Origin: Syntrophaceae bacterium UBA2280 | GTDB lineage: Bacteria > Desulfobacterota > Syntrophia > Syntrophales > Smithellaceae | Reading direction: 5' to 3' | Assembly (NCBI GenBank): GCA_002347685.1 | Contig: DDWS01000001.1 | Coordinates: 18,641 to 82,640 of the forward strand | DNA: 64,000 nt | Shown: in pieces, positions 63,140 to 64,000 of the stretch | Numbering within the stretch: the first letter of the stretch is position 1 | How the letters are laid out: every line of letters starts with the position of its first letter | Program-made: the position numbers and the translations under genes | Notes under the pieces: generated by a model | Seen by the model: only the letters and a program-made list of their open reading frames with translations | Told to the model about the DNA's origin: nothing | The model's database searches: none

Positions 63140-64000
63140 ATGAAAAAAAGTCTTCAGGAAATAGCCGCCCTCATCGGCGGCCAGGTGATCGGAAACCCGG
63201 ACGCGACCGTCCGGGATATCCGCCCCGTTGAGGAGGCGGGCGATGGCGATCTGACGTTCATCGCCAATAAGCGTTACGCGAAGCTGCTTAAAACCACCTC
63301 CGCGACTGCCATTCTCGCACCGCCGGGAACGGAGGCAACAGGGAAAAATCTCATCCTCTGCGGGGATCCCCATGCCGCTTTCGGGAAACTGCTGGGAATG
63401 TTTTACCCCCTGGATCACGGCGCTTCCGGCATCAGCCCGGAGGCATATATCGAGCAGGGCGCGCTGGTTTCCGATCAGGCGACCCTGTTCCCGCGGTGCG
63501 TGATCAGCCGCGGCGCGCGCATCGACCGGGGCGCGGTGATTTATCCCGGCGTGTTTATCGGCCAAAACGCCGTCATCGGCGAAGATTCCGTCCTCTACGC
63601 GAACGTGAGTGTTTACCAGCGCTGCGTGATCGGCAAAAGGGTCATCGTACACGCAGGCGCGGTCATCGGCGCGGACGGCTTCGGCTTTGCCGCACCCGGC
63701 GTATCCAATCTCAAGATTCCACAGGTCGGCATCGTCCAGATTGACGACGATGTGGAAATCGGCGCCAACACCACGGTGGATCGCGCGACCATGGGAAAAA
63801 CCCGGATCGGGCGCAATGTCAAAATCGACAACCTCGTTCAGATCGCGCACAATGTCGTCATCGGAGAAAACTCGGCGATTGCCGCGCAGGCGGGCATTTC
63901 CGGCTCCACCCGGCTGGGCGTAAGCGTCATGGTGGGTGGACAGACCGGCATGGTCGGCCATCTGACCATCGGAGACCATGTGAGAGTCGCCGCCGCATCC
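63140..64000 (+). CDS. lpxD: UDP-3-O-acylglucosamine N-acyltransferase (C-terminus lies beyond the window)
   Basis: Not in the track because there is no stop in the window. MKKSLQEIAALIGGQVIGNPDATVRDIRPVEEAGDGDLTFIANKRY, then hexapeptide repeats. bamA-skp-lpxD synteny. Confidence 0.9.
   Translation, partial: MKKSLQEIAALIGGQVIGNPDATVRDIRPVEEAGDGDLTFIANKRYAKLLKTTSATAILAPPGTEATGKNLILCGDPHAAFGKLLGMFYPLDHGASGISPEAYIEQGALVSDQATLFPRCVISRGARIDRGAVIYPGVFIGQNAVIGEDSVLYANVSVYQRCVIGKRVIVHAGAVIGADGFGFAAPGVSNLKIPQVGIVQIDDDVEIGANTTVDRATMGKTRIGRNVKIDNLVQIAHNVVIGENSAIAAQAGISGSTRLGVSVMVGGQTGMVGHLTIGDHVRVAAAS

Noticed and set aside
63098-63979. 293-aa minus-strand ORF at the window end
   Set aside because: It is antisense to lpxD, whose N-terminus and hexapeptide repeats read cleanly on the plus strand from 63140. 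lpxD is missing from the track only because it has no stop in the window.

Overview
Bacterial chromosomal segment with a GC-rich core. Gene content and synteny (ilvBNCD, tatBC, lolCD-bamA-skp-lpxD, PilZ/HDOD/GGDEF genes) suggest a Gram-negative host, possibly Desulfobacterota-like; that assignment is inference only. Core part 1 (1-26.6 kb) holds a MacB-type ABC exporter operon, a TetR-controlled HlyD/ABC-2 exporter, a c-di-GMP gene cluster, a PaaI thioesterase and an MgtE-like transporter. It also holds ilvBNCD with a leader-peptide attenuator that the ORF track misses, then mrcA, tatBC, housekeeping enzymes, rodZ and tatA. A 29.2-kb island of mixed composition (26592-55811) sits at the 3' end of ssb, bounded by 20-bp direct repeats that match at 17 of 20 positions. 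Its right end carries three tyrosine recombinases plus a small protein, and its left end is an AT-rich, gene-free tail, which matches GInt/Tn554-like organisation. The cargo is almost entirely minus-strand accessory and defence-type genes. These are RES-Xre, a TIR-like plus caspase-like pair (type IV Thoeris-like), DUF4238-like and PD-(D/E)xK-like proteins, a DUF2384 pair, mazF with a broken mazE, Fic, a type III R-M with an Xre regulator, and several orphans. Between 36.3 and 42.3 kb the genes are arranged as integron-type cassettes separated by six attC-like sites, with two weaker candidates at 28.7 and 31.7 kb. No integron integrase lies in the window, so this is a CALIN-like array. Two of the attC sites carry a 161-bp element with inverted-repeat ends, inserted at exactly the same position (three copies, two in tandem). 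Core part 2 (55.8-64 kb) holds ssb, lysS, lolC/E, lolD, bamA, skp and a partial lpxD. I saw no rRNA, tRNA or CRISPR array. All calls rest on reading the sequence and translations by eye; no searches were run.
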